Of a DNA stretch of 64,000 bases, positions 37,204-45,101 are shown piece by piece. Numbering within the stretch: position 1 is the first letter of the stretch; every line of letters begins with the position of its first letter. A model generated the notes under the pieces. It saw only the letters and a program-made list of their open reading frames with translations, had not been told where the DNA came from and made no database searches. Made by a program: the position numbers and the translations under genes. Origin of the DNA: Vicinamibacteria bacterium (lineage in GTDB: Bacteria; Acidobacteriota; Vicinamibacteria; Marinacidobacterales; Marinacidobacteraceae); assembly GCA_963555995.3 (NCBI GenBank), contig OY821641.1:2496001-2560000 (forward strand), written 5' to 3'.

Positions 37204-37455
37204 TTACGGAATGCGGTCCTCCGGCACCGGAGGCTGCCCACGGTGACGCCGCAGCAGCCGGCGCGCCGCCTCGATGTCGGCCCTCGACGCCCGCTCGGTG
37301 AAGAACTCGGCGGTCTTCTGCGCGGCCAGTTTCTCGGCCACCGCCGTCGTCACGAACTGATTGATGCTGGTTCCGTCGGCTCGGCTCACTTCCGCAACTG
37401 CCGCCTTCAGCGAGGCCGGCAGGCGCAGGGGATAGGTGCTGACTTGTTTCTTCAC
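37204..37455 (-). CDS. Ribbon-helix-helix (HicB-like) antitoxin, orphan
   Basis: YPLRLP.SLK...DGTSINQFV..AVAEKL. Confidence 0.75.
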   Translation of the reverse strand: MKKQVSTYPLRLPASLKAAVAEVSRADGTSINQFVTTAVAEKLAAQKTAEFFTERASRADIEAARRLLRRHRGQPPVPEDRIP

Positions 37456-37565
37456 GAAGAGAGTTCAAGGCCTCACGGGGCAAGAGCCGGGTGATTCTGA
37501 TCGGTTTTGCGGACGTGATGGACTTCACGCGTTCACGCCGTCCGCGCTGAAGGCCCTCCCCGCCG

Positions 37566-37690
37566 ATGACTGACGACCGGTTCTTCTGGATGCCAATGTG
37601 CTGATCAGCGCCGCACCTTGGTCGCAGGGTGCACCTCGTAGCACGGTGGGCCCCGTCGCTCGCCGAAGTGGCGTGGTGGTCGCCGCTTGA
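37566..37690 (+). pseudogene. Frameshifted N-terminal fragment of a PIN-family toxin
   Basis: ATG ACT GAC GAC CGG TTC, then a shifted frame reading LDANVLISAA..QGAPR, then an early stop. Confidence 0.55.
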
Positions 37691-38229
37691 ACGTCGCGCC
37701 TTAGTGTGGTCTGTGGCGATCTCGGTGCGCGTCGTGGAGCCGTCGGTTCGCTTCCATCGTGTCGGACGCTGTTGTGCCGTGTAGCCGACCCGCGGTTACG
37801 CTGCTGATGGCCCGCCAAGTGCCGCAGTCCTCGTCGTTGCTGAACCCCACATCACCCCGCGCGATCTCCACCACCTGCCGCCCGCCACCGGACACGAAAT
37901 CGTTGGCAAGCACGTCGTCGATGACGCTCCCGCCAAACCCGCTCAGTCGTTCCCAATAGCACCCATCCCGCGCGTCCGTCTCATAGACCCCGGGCTCTAG
38001 CTGCCCACCGACCAGCCAGGTCCCCGGCGGGATCGTTCCCGCAGGGGGTGGCGACTCCGGGCTCTGGTCCCATGTTCCGCAGTCCTGGTCCGTGTTGAAC
38101 GCCAGGTCGGTTGGGTCAATATCCACGATCTCCTGGGGGGAATCGAAGCTGATGAACTCGTTGGCGATGGTGTCCGCGAGGGCCCCGCTGAGCCCCGAGA
38201 GGCGTTCCCAATAGCAAGCGTCATCCGGG

Positions 38230-39606
38230 GGCTCTTCACGGTTTCGTGTGGAAACAGGCCGCAGCCGGGCTGAGATCCAGCCCGCCCAGGGGAAGTAGAT
38301 CGCCTCCCGGAAGCGGGCGCGGTTTCGGGAGGGTGCTCGGGAGGCGTCGTTTTATGCTGGCGTGATGACGTACATCACCCAGCATTACCAATCGCTTCTC
38401 GGCTTGCGTCCCCCGTGGCAGGTGTCGGAGGTCCTGGTGCGCCACGAGACGGAGGAGGTTGAGGTGATGGTGGTGTGGACGGGAGGCCGCCTGGCGTGCC
38501 CGGAGTGCGGCGAGGCGGGTCAGCGGCACGACGGGCGGCGGCGGCGCTGGCGGCATCTGGACACGATGCAGTATCAGACCTGGTTGGTGGCGGAGATCCC
38601 GCGGGTGCGCTGCACGGTGCATGGGGTGCGACAGGTGGTTCCCCCGTGGGCGGATGCGAACTCCCGATTCACGGCCCGTTTCGAGGGGCTGGTGATCGCC
38701 TGGCTTCTGGAAGCGAGCGCCTCGGCGGTCGCGCGGCAGTTCGGTCTTTCGTGGGGTCAGGTGGCGGGTATCCAGCACCGGGCGGTGCGGCGGGGGCTGG
38801 CGCGCCGGGAGCTCCGTCCGCCCCGTCGGATCGGGGTGGATGAGACCTCCTTCCAGAAGCGGCACGAGTATGTGACGGTGGTGAACGATCTGGCAGGCAG
38901 CGTCCTGTATGTCGCTGACGGGCGGAGCCAAACGGCTCTTGACGGCTTCTTCGAGGAACTGGGGTCGGAAGGGTGTGCCGAGCTTGAGCAGGTGGCGATG
39001 GACATGGCGCAGCCGTACATCCGGTCGGTCCGGGAGAACACCGAAGCGGAGATCGTGTTCGACAAGTTCCACGTGTTTCAGCACCTGGGACAGGCGGTGG
39101 ACCGGGTGCGCCGGGAGGAGCATCGGGAGTTGCTGCGCTCCGGGGACGACCGGCTCAACAAGAGCAGGTACCTGTGGCAGATGAAGCCGGGGACGCTGAA
39201 TCGCCGGCAGCAGTTGAAATTCGCCACCCTGCGGAACAGTGAACTCCGGGTGGCGCGCGCCTGGGCGATCAAGCAGTTGGCCGCAACCCTGTGGGGATAC
39301 CGGGTCCGGGGCTGGGCCGAACGCCGGTGGAAGCAGTGGTACGGCTGGGCCATCCGCTCACGCCTGGAACCCATCAAGCGTGTCGCTCGGATGATCAAGC
39401 GACACTGGGATGGCGTGATCAACGCCGCCACCTCCACCGTCACCAATGCACGCGCCGAGGCCATCAACTCGCGCATCCAGTGGCTCAAGAAGATGGCCTG
39501 CGGTTACCGAAACCGCGCCCGCTTCCGGGAGGCGATCTACTTCCACCTGGGCGGGCTGGACCTCAGCCCGGCTGCGGCCTGTTTCCACACGAAACCGTGA
39601 AGCGCC
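38230..39606 (+). mobile_element. ISL3-family insertion sequence with ~100-bp terminal inverted repeats
   Basis: GGCTCTTC / GAAGCGCC ends; 8-bp target duplication CATCCGGG at 38222-38229 and 39607-39614. Confidence 0.92.
38365..39600 (+). CDS. ISL3 transposase
   Basis: CPECG zinc finger, WRHLD, GVDETSF, AMDM, FDKFHV, TNARAEAINSRIQ..K..ACGYRN. Confidence 0.93.
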   Translation: MTYITQHYQSLLGLRPPWQVSEVLVRHETEEVEVMVVWTGGRLACPECGEAGQRHDGRRRRWRHLDTMQYQTWLVAEIPRVRCTVHGVRQVVPPWADANSRFTARFEGLVIAWLLEASASAVARQFGLSWGQVAGIQHRAVRRGLARRELRPPRRIGVDETSFQKRHEYVTVVNDLAGSVLYVADGRSQTALDGFFEELGSEGCAELEQVAMDMAQPYIRSVRENTEAEIVFDKFHVFQHLGQAVDRVRREEHRELLRSGDDRLNKSRYLWQMKPGTLNRRQQLKFATLRNSELRVARAWAIKQLAATLWGYRVRGWAERRWKQWYGWAIRSRLEPIKRVARMIKRHWDGVINAATSTVTNARAEAINSRIQWLKKMACGYRNRARFREAIYFHLGGLDLSPAAACFHTKP

Positions 39607-40044
39607 CATCCGGGTTCGTGAAGTAGCGGCCGGGCTCGATGTCCGAGCCGACCAGCCAAGTGCCGGCTCCGAACGAAGTCCGCTCCGTAGTCGGTGGCAC
39701 GGGCGCCGGTGGTGGTGCGGCGGGAGGTGCCGGCGTTGGCGGGGGGGGCGAGGTCGGGGGTGCGCCATCGCCGCCGCACCCAACGAGAGCACAGATGCCA
39801 ATCGCTACGGCCACAAACCGGTTCATGCCTGGAACTCTCCTTCCCACGACCAGTTCCGTCTCGGAGGAAAACCAGCCGTCCACACTTTGTGTGAGATTGT
39901 CACTTCCCAAAGAGAATACATGGAGAAAGTCGGGATGATGCTGCCGATCAACTCCGGCCCAAGCCGCTGGCGAACGTCGTGAGGTGCCGACCGGGAGTCG
40001 GCGCTCCCTGACACGCGACCCATCCCAAACAGGCGCTACACGCC

Positions 40045-40094
40045 CACCGCGGCCCTGCGGGCCGCGGTGCCGGTCTGAAGACCGGCGCTCCCGG
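40045..40094 (+). repeat. REP family A variant with an alternative first hairpin
   Basis: CACCGCGGCCC-TGC-GGGCCGCGGTG overlapping GCCGGTCTGAAGACCGGC. Confidence 0.72.
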
Positions 40095-40160
40095 CCGGGG
40101 GCGTCCTTCCGTCTGAGTACCGTGCGGTCCAAGCCGTTCCGCGCCGTAGGGATGGATGAA

Positions 40161-40224
40161 GTTGCGACGTGCGCGGCGCGGAGCGCCGCGCGTGCCGGTC
40201 GGAGACCGGCGTTCCCAGCCGGTG
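40161..40224 (+). repeat. REP family A copy
   Basis: Matches the consensus with a 1-nt deletion in hairpin 2. Confidence 0.83.
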
Positions 40225-40344
40225 CGCGCTTCTTCGCCGGTTGGGTCGGGTTGCGTTTCGCCTCCCGGACGGCGATGCCGGCCGGAGGCCGGCGCTTCGA
40301 GCCGTTCCTGCGGTACGGGTTCGGCCCCGGAGAAGGGGGGAAAG

Positions 40345-40378
40345 TGTGAAAGGGGGGAAACCCTTCCCCCCTTTCACA
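40345..40378. other. Perfect 15-bp inverted repeat
   Basis: TGTGAAAGGGGGGAA-ACCC-TTCCCCCCTTTCACA. Confidence 0.7.
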
Positions 40379-40542
40379 AAAATGACAGCGCAAAATCGGA
40401 ACTCGCCGAAGCGCGCCGCAGGCACGCAAGGGAGTTTCGATTTCCGGCACGAAGTGCCGGGCGGAGCCGGGAGGGGGCCTCGTTCCATGTCTCCGCAGCA
40501 CCGCTTGGAACGTCCCAGCGCCGGCCCCCTCCCGGCTCCGCA

Positions 40543-40617
40543 TGGTGCGCGGTGCGGGATTCGAACCTGCGACCCCCTGCGTGTAAGGCAGGTGCTCTGC
40601 CGCTGAGCTAACCGCGC
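40543..40617 (-). tRNA. tRNA-Val(TAC)
   Basis: GCGCGGT acceptor stem, TAGCTCAG D-arm, CCTGC-CTTACAC-GCAGG anticodon arm, GGTTCGAATCC T-arm, encoded CCA. Confidence 0.96.
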
Positions 40618-40743
40618 AATTCCGGGGGAGGGCTCGGGATTCTCGCAGCAACCGGGGGCACCGGTGAAAGATCCGGCGCGTCGCCGGGTAGTTCTCCAGT
40701 GAATGCCGGAACCACGGCGAGTCCGGTTCCGTTAGGAGAGAGC

Positions 40744-41835
40744 ATGAAGCGCAAGTCCCTGCTCCTGTTGACAGGCGCGACGGTCCTCGGCGTGGCCGGG
40801 GCCGGCGTGTTCGTCGTTCCGAACCTGACCCGGGTGAGCGAGGCGCGCGAGATCGCGCCCGCCGCCGAGGAAGCGGCGCCGACGCCGGTGAGCGTCGTCG
40901 AGGCGCGGCTCGGCCCGGTGGCCCTCCACCTCACCACCACCTCGGCCGTGGAAGCCGAACGTACCGCGCAGGTGCTGTCCGAGACCTCGGGCGTCCTGAC
41001 GGAGATCAGCATCCGCGAGGGCGATTCGGTCGCCGCCGGCCAGGTGCTGGCGCGGGTGGACGCCCGGGAGCGGCGGCTCGCCTTCCAGCAGGCCGAACTC
41101 CGGCTCTCGCGCGCCGAATCGGAACTCTCGCGCCAGCAGCGGGCCTTCGAGGCCGATCTGGTCGCCGCGTACGAGTACGAGAAGGCGCGCTTCGACCGGG
41201 ACCTCGCCGCCTCGGAACTGGAGACGGCGCGCCTCGAACTCGAACGCACCGAGATCCGCGCCCCCTTTGCCGGCAAGGTGACGGAGGTCCTGCTGGTCGA
41301 GGGCGGCCGGCTGGAGCCCGCCCAGCACCTGCTGACGCTCGCCGACCTGGGCACCCTGATCGCCCGGCTCTACGTGCCGGAACGGGACGTGGCCGGCCTC
41401 GCGCCCGGCCAGCCCGCCGTCGTCCGTCCCGAGTCCGACGCAAGCGGGACCGGCATCACCGGGCGCATCCGGGAAGTCAGCCCCATCGTGGATCCGGGCA
41501 CCGGCACCGTGAAGGTGACGGTGGCGCTGCCCGCGCCGGCGGGAACCGTGGTGCGGCCCGGTTCCTTCGCGCGGGTCGTCATCGAGACCGGCCGGCGCGA
41601 GAACGCGCTGCTGGCCCCCAAGCGGGCCGTCGTCCATAGCGAGACCGGCTCCCACGTCTTCGTGGTCGAGGAAGGCAGGGCCGTCCGCCGCGACGTGACC
41701 GTGGGGGTGGAGATGGAGAGCCCCGAGGGCGCGTTGATCGAGCTTGCGAACGGGCTCGAACCCGGCGCCCGCATCGTGGTCGCCGGCCACGGAGCCCTGA
41801 ATCCCGGCGCCCCGGTCGAAGTCCTGAACAACTGA
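40744..41835 (+). CDS. RND efflux membrane fusion (periplasmic adaptor) protein
   Basis: N-terminal TM; EGDSV.AGQVLA, IRAPFAG.V, SPIVDPGTGT, GL.PG. Confidence 0.9.
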   Translation: MKRKSLLLLTGATVLGVAGAGVFVVPNLTRVSEAREIAPAAEEAAPTPVSVVEARLGPVALHLTTTSAVEAERTAQVLSETSGVLTEISIREGDSVAAGQVLARVDARERRLAFQQAELRLSRAESELSRQQRAFEADLVAAYEYEKARFDRDLAASELETARLELERTEIRAPFAGKVTEVLLVEGGRLEPAQHLLTLADLGTLIARLYVPERDVAGLAPGQPAVVRPESDASGTGITGRIREVSPIVDPGTGTVKVTVALPAPAGTVVRPGSFARVVIETGRRENALLAPKRAVVHSETGSHVFVVEEGRAVRRDVTVGVEMESPEGALIELANGLEPGARIVVAGHGALNPGAPVEVLNN

Positions 41836-41866
41836 CCGACCCGCTCCCCGCCCGGAGGAACGCCCC

Positions 41867-44800
41867 GTGAAATCCCTGATCGCCGCCTGCATCCGGCGCC
41901 CGGTGAGCGTCGGCATGTTCACCGTGGCCGCCTGCGTCTTCGGGCTCGTGGCCCTCGGCCGGCTGCCGGTCAACCTGCTCCCGGAGATCTCCTACCCCAC
42001 CCTGACGGTCGAGACGCGGATGCCGGGCGCCGCCCCCATCGAGGTGGAGACGCTGGTGACCCGGCCCATCGAGGAGGCCGCCTCCGTGGTCCCGGGCCTG
42101 CGCCGCGTCACCTCGCGGTCCCGCGCCGGCGCCTCCGAGGTCACCCTCGAGTTCGTCTGGGACACCAACATGGACTTCGCCGGGCTCGACGTGCGGGAGA
42201 AGCTCGACAGCGTCCTGCTCCCGGAGGACGCCGAACGGCCCCGGCTGCTGCGCTTCGACCCGGCCTCGGACGCGATCTTCCGCATCGGGGTCTCCGGCGA
42301 CCTGCCGCTCTCGAACATCCGGCAGTGGACCGAGGAAGACCTCAAGAAGGACCTCGACGCGGTGGACGGGGTCGCCGCCGTCCGCATCGAAGGCGGGCTG
42401 GTGCGCGAGATCCAGGTGGACGTGGACGAGGGCCGGCTCGCCGCCTACGGCATCACCGTCGCGGAGGTCCGGGACGCGCTCGCGGCCAACAACGTGAACC
42501 TCGCCGGGGGCAGCGTCTATGAGGACGAGGCGCGCTATCTGGTCCGCACCCTGAACGAACTGGACACCCTCGACCGCATCCGCGCGGTGATCGTGAAGGA
42601 CACCGGCGGGCGGCTCGTCCGGCTCCGCGACGTGGCCGAGGTCCGTTCGGGCTTCAAGGACCAGGAAGTGATCCTCCGCCAGGGCGGCGACGAGGGCGTC
42701 GAGGTCCGTATCTTCAAGGAGGGCGACGCGAACACGGTTCAGGTGGCCGAGGGAGTCCGGTCCCGGCTCGAAGCGCTGGAGGAATCCGTGCCCGCAGGAC
42801 TAGCCCTCGCGGTGCTCTTCGACCAGTCGCGGTTCATCGAGGGCGCCATCTCGGAGGTGGTCCGGAACGCCTGGGAAGGCGGACTGCTCGCCATCCTGGT
42901 GATCGCGCTCTTCCTCCGGGACCGGCGCTGCACCGCGGTGGTGGCGATGGCCATCCCGGTCTCGGTGGTCGCCACCTTCTTCGTGATGCAGCAGATGGGG
43001 CTCTCGCTGAACATCATGTCGCTCGGCGGGCTGGCGCTCGGGGTGGGCATGCTGCTCGACGACTCGATCGTGGTGCTGGAGGCGATCCACCGCCGGCACG
43101 CCGGCGGCGAGGGCGCGCGCGAGGCGGCGGTCGGCGGGACCGTCGAGGTCGCCGGCCCGGTGATCGCCTCGACGCTCACCACGGTCGCCGTCTTCCTGCC
43201 CATCGTCTTCGTGGAGGGCGTCGCGGGCCAGCTCTTCCGCGACCAGGCGCTCACCGTCTCCATCTCCATCCTGGCGTCCCTCGGTTTCTCGCTGGCGCTC
43301 ATCCCGGTGCTCTCGAGCCGGGGGATGATCGCGCCCGGCGCCGCCGAACCGAGGCGGGCTACAACCGCCGTACGGACGCTCCGCGGGCTGCGCCGCGGAC
43401 TCCGCTGGATCGGACGCGGGCTGATGGTCCCCCTGCGGCCTGTCGCGTCCGCCTTCACCGCGGCGGAGGGCGCCGTGGCGCGCGCCTACCCGCCGGTGCT
43501 GCGGGCGGCGCTCCGCCACCCGGTCACCGTCTTCGCGCTGGCGGCCGGGCTCTTCGCCGGTTCGCTGGCGGTGGGACGGGCCGGGATCGGCGTGGAACTC
43601 ATCCCGGCGCTCTCGCAGGGCGAGTTCCACTTCGACGTCCATCTCCCCGAGGGGTCCGCGGTGGCCGCGACCGACACGGTGGTGGACGCCGTCGGCGAAT
43701 CGGCGCTGGAAGACCCGGCCGTGCTCCGGGTGACCACCGAGGCGGGCGCCGCCGCCGGCGGCGGCTTCACGGGCGGCGCCGGACGCGCCGAGCACCAGGG
43801 CCGCGTCCAGGTCACGATGGCCGACCCGGGGGACAAGCTGGCCGAGGCGGCGGTGATCGAACGGATCCGCGCGGACCTCGCGGGACAGCCGGGCGTCCGC
43901 TACGAGTTCGGACGCCCGTCCTGGTTCAGTTTCCGGCAGCCCGTCGAGGTGGAGGTCTATTCGGAGGAACGCTCGCTGCTGGTCCCGAGCGCCCGCCGGG
44001 TGCAGGCGGCGGTCGCCGACGTGCCCGGGCTCGCCGACGTGCGCTCCACCGCCGAGGCGGGGAGCCCCGAGATCCGGGTGCGCTTCGCCGCCGACCGGCT
44101 CGCGAGCCTGGGCCTCACGGTGGACCAGGCGTCGGAGGGGCTGCGCTCCAAGCTGCGCGGCGAGGTCGCCACCCGGCTCGACGAGGGGGACCGGCGCATT
44201 GACGTGATGGTGCGGGGGGGCGAGAGCCTCCGCTCCCGCACCGCGGCGGTGCCGGAGCTGATCGTCCACGCCGAGGAGGCGCGGCCAGTGCCGCTCCGGG
44301 CGCTCGGGAACGCCGAGATCGCTGAGGGACCCGCCGAGCTCCGCCGGGTCGGACAACGGCCCGCGGTGGTGATCTCCGGCAACCTCGACGGCGCGGACCT
44401 CGAGAGCGCCACCACGGCCATTGATTCCCGCATCGCGGGACTCGGGCTCGCCCCCGGCGTCTCCACCCGGTTCGGGGGCCAGCGCGAGGAGATGGAGCGC
44501 TCCTTCGCGAGCCTGGCGCTCGCCATCGGGCTCGCGATCTTCCTCGTCTATTTCGTGATGGCGAGCCAATTCGAGTCGCTGCTGCACCCGTTCCTGATCC
44601 TGTTCACGATCCCCCTCGCCGCGATCGGGGTGGTCGGGGCGCTGCTGCTCTCCGGGTCCACGCTGAGCGTGATCGTCCTCATCGGCGTCGTGATGCTGGC
44701 CGGGATCGTGGTGAAGAACGCCATCGTGCTGGTGGACTGCATCAACCGGCTGCGGCGCGAGGGGATGGAGAAGGCGGAAGCGATCGTCGCGGCGGGCCGG

Positions 44801-45004
44801 ATCCGGCTGCGGCCGATCCTGATGACCACGCTGACGACCATCCTGGGGCTGACCCCGATGGCGCTCGGGCTCGGCGAAGGCGCGGAGATCCGGGGGCCGA
44901 TGGCCATCACCGTCATCGGCGGACTGCTCGTCTCCACCCTGCTCACGCTGGTGGTGATCCCGACGGCGTACTCGGTGTTTGACCGGAAGAGGTTTGCGGC
45001 GTGA
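41867..45004 (+). CDS. RND efflux permease (AcrB/MdtB-like)
   Basis: RRPV, LPVNLLPEI, GMLLDDSIVVLE, GIVVKNAI, RLRPILMT. Confidence 0.92.
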   Translation: MKSLIAACIRRPVSVGMFTVAACVFGLVALGRLPVNLLPEISYPTLTVETRMPGAAPIEVETLVTRPIEEAASVVPGLRRVTSRSRAGASEVTLEFVWDTNMDFAGLDVREKLDSVLLPEDAERPRLLRFDPASDAIFRIGVSGDLPLSNIRQWTEEDLKKDLDAVDGVAAVRIEGGLVREIQVDVDEGRLAAYGITVAEVRDALAANNVNLAGGSVYEDEARYLVRTLNELDTLDRIRAVIVKDTGGRLVRLRDVAEVRSGFKDQEVILRQGGDEGVEVRIFKEGDANTVQVAEGVRSRLEALEESVPAGLALAVLFDQSRFIEGAISEVVRNAWEGGLLAILVIALFLRDRRCTAVVAMAIPVSVVATFFVMQQMGLSLNIMSLGGLALGVGMLLDDSIVVLEAIHRRHAGGEGAREAAVGGTVEVAGPVIASTLTTVAVFLPIVFVEGVAGQLFRDQALTVSISILASLGFSLALIPVLSSRGMIAPGAAEPRRATTAVRTLRGLRRGLRWIGRGLMVPLRPVASAFTAAEGAVARAYPPVLRAALRHPVTVFALAAGLFAGSLAVGRAGIGVELIPALSQGEFHFDVHLPEGSAVAATDTVVDAVGESALEDPAVLRVTTEAGAAAGGGFTGGAGRAEHQGRVQVTMADPGDKLAEAAVIERIRADLAGQPGVRYEFGRPSWFSFRQPVEVEVYSEERSLLVPSARRVQAAVADVPGLADVRSTAEAGSPEIRVRFAADRLASLGLTVDQASEGLRSKLRGEVATRLDEGDRRIDVMVRGGESLRSRTAAVPELIVHAEEARPVPLRALGNAEIAEGPAELRRVGQRPAVVISGNLDGADLESATTAIDSRIAGLGLAPGVSTRFGGQREEMERSFASLALAIGLAIFLVYFVMASQFESLLHPFLILFTIPLAAIGVVGALLLSGSTLSVIVLIGVVMLAGIVVKNAIVLVDCINRLRREGMEKAEAIVAAGRIRLRPILMTTLTTILGLTPMALGLGEGAEIRGPMAITVIGGLLVSTLLTLVVIPTAYSVFDRKRFAA

Positions 45005-45027
45005 GGACTTCGGGGCGTCTCGCGTTT

Positions 45028-45097
45028 CGCCTCGCTTCGCTCGGCGGTGCCGGTCTGAAGACCGGCGCTCCCACCGGCGCTCCCACCGGCGCTCCCA
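45028..45097 (+). repeat. REP half-copy with a triplicated 12-bp tail
   Basis: GCCGGTCTGAAGA followed by (CCGGCGCTCCCA)x3. Confidence 0.75.
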
Positions 45098-45101
45098 CGG
45101 C

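Larger units (their letters stand above)
37701..39826 (-). pseudogene. Pro-rich lipoprotein with two Cys-containing repeats, interrupted by ISL3
   Basis: Removing the IS and one target copy restores the frame (YFTNPD-DACYWERLSG, 246 aa); lipobox LVGC; repeat GTWLVG..EPG.Y.T...CYWERLSG...CGTW. Confidence 0.85.

Noticed and set aside
38236-39123. Antisense ORF ending in the same peptide as the ISL3 transposase
   Set aside because: A by-product of the long inverted repeat; the rest is shadow frame
32700-40617. Intact tRNA-integrated element or prophage
   Set aside because: No integrase, no phage genes, and no duplicated tRNA 3' end found by eye
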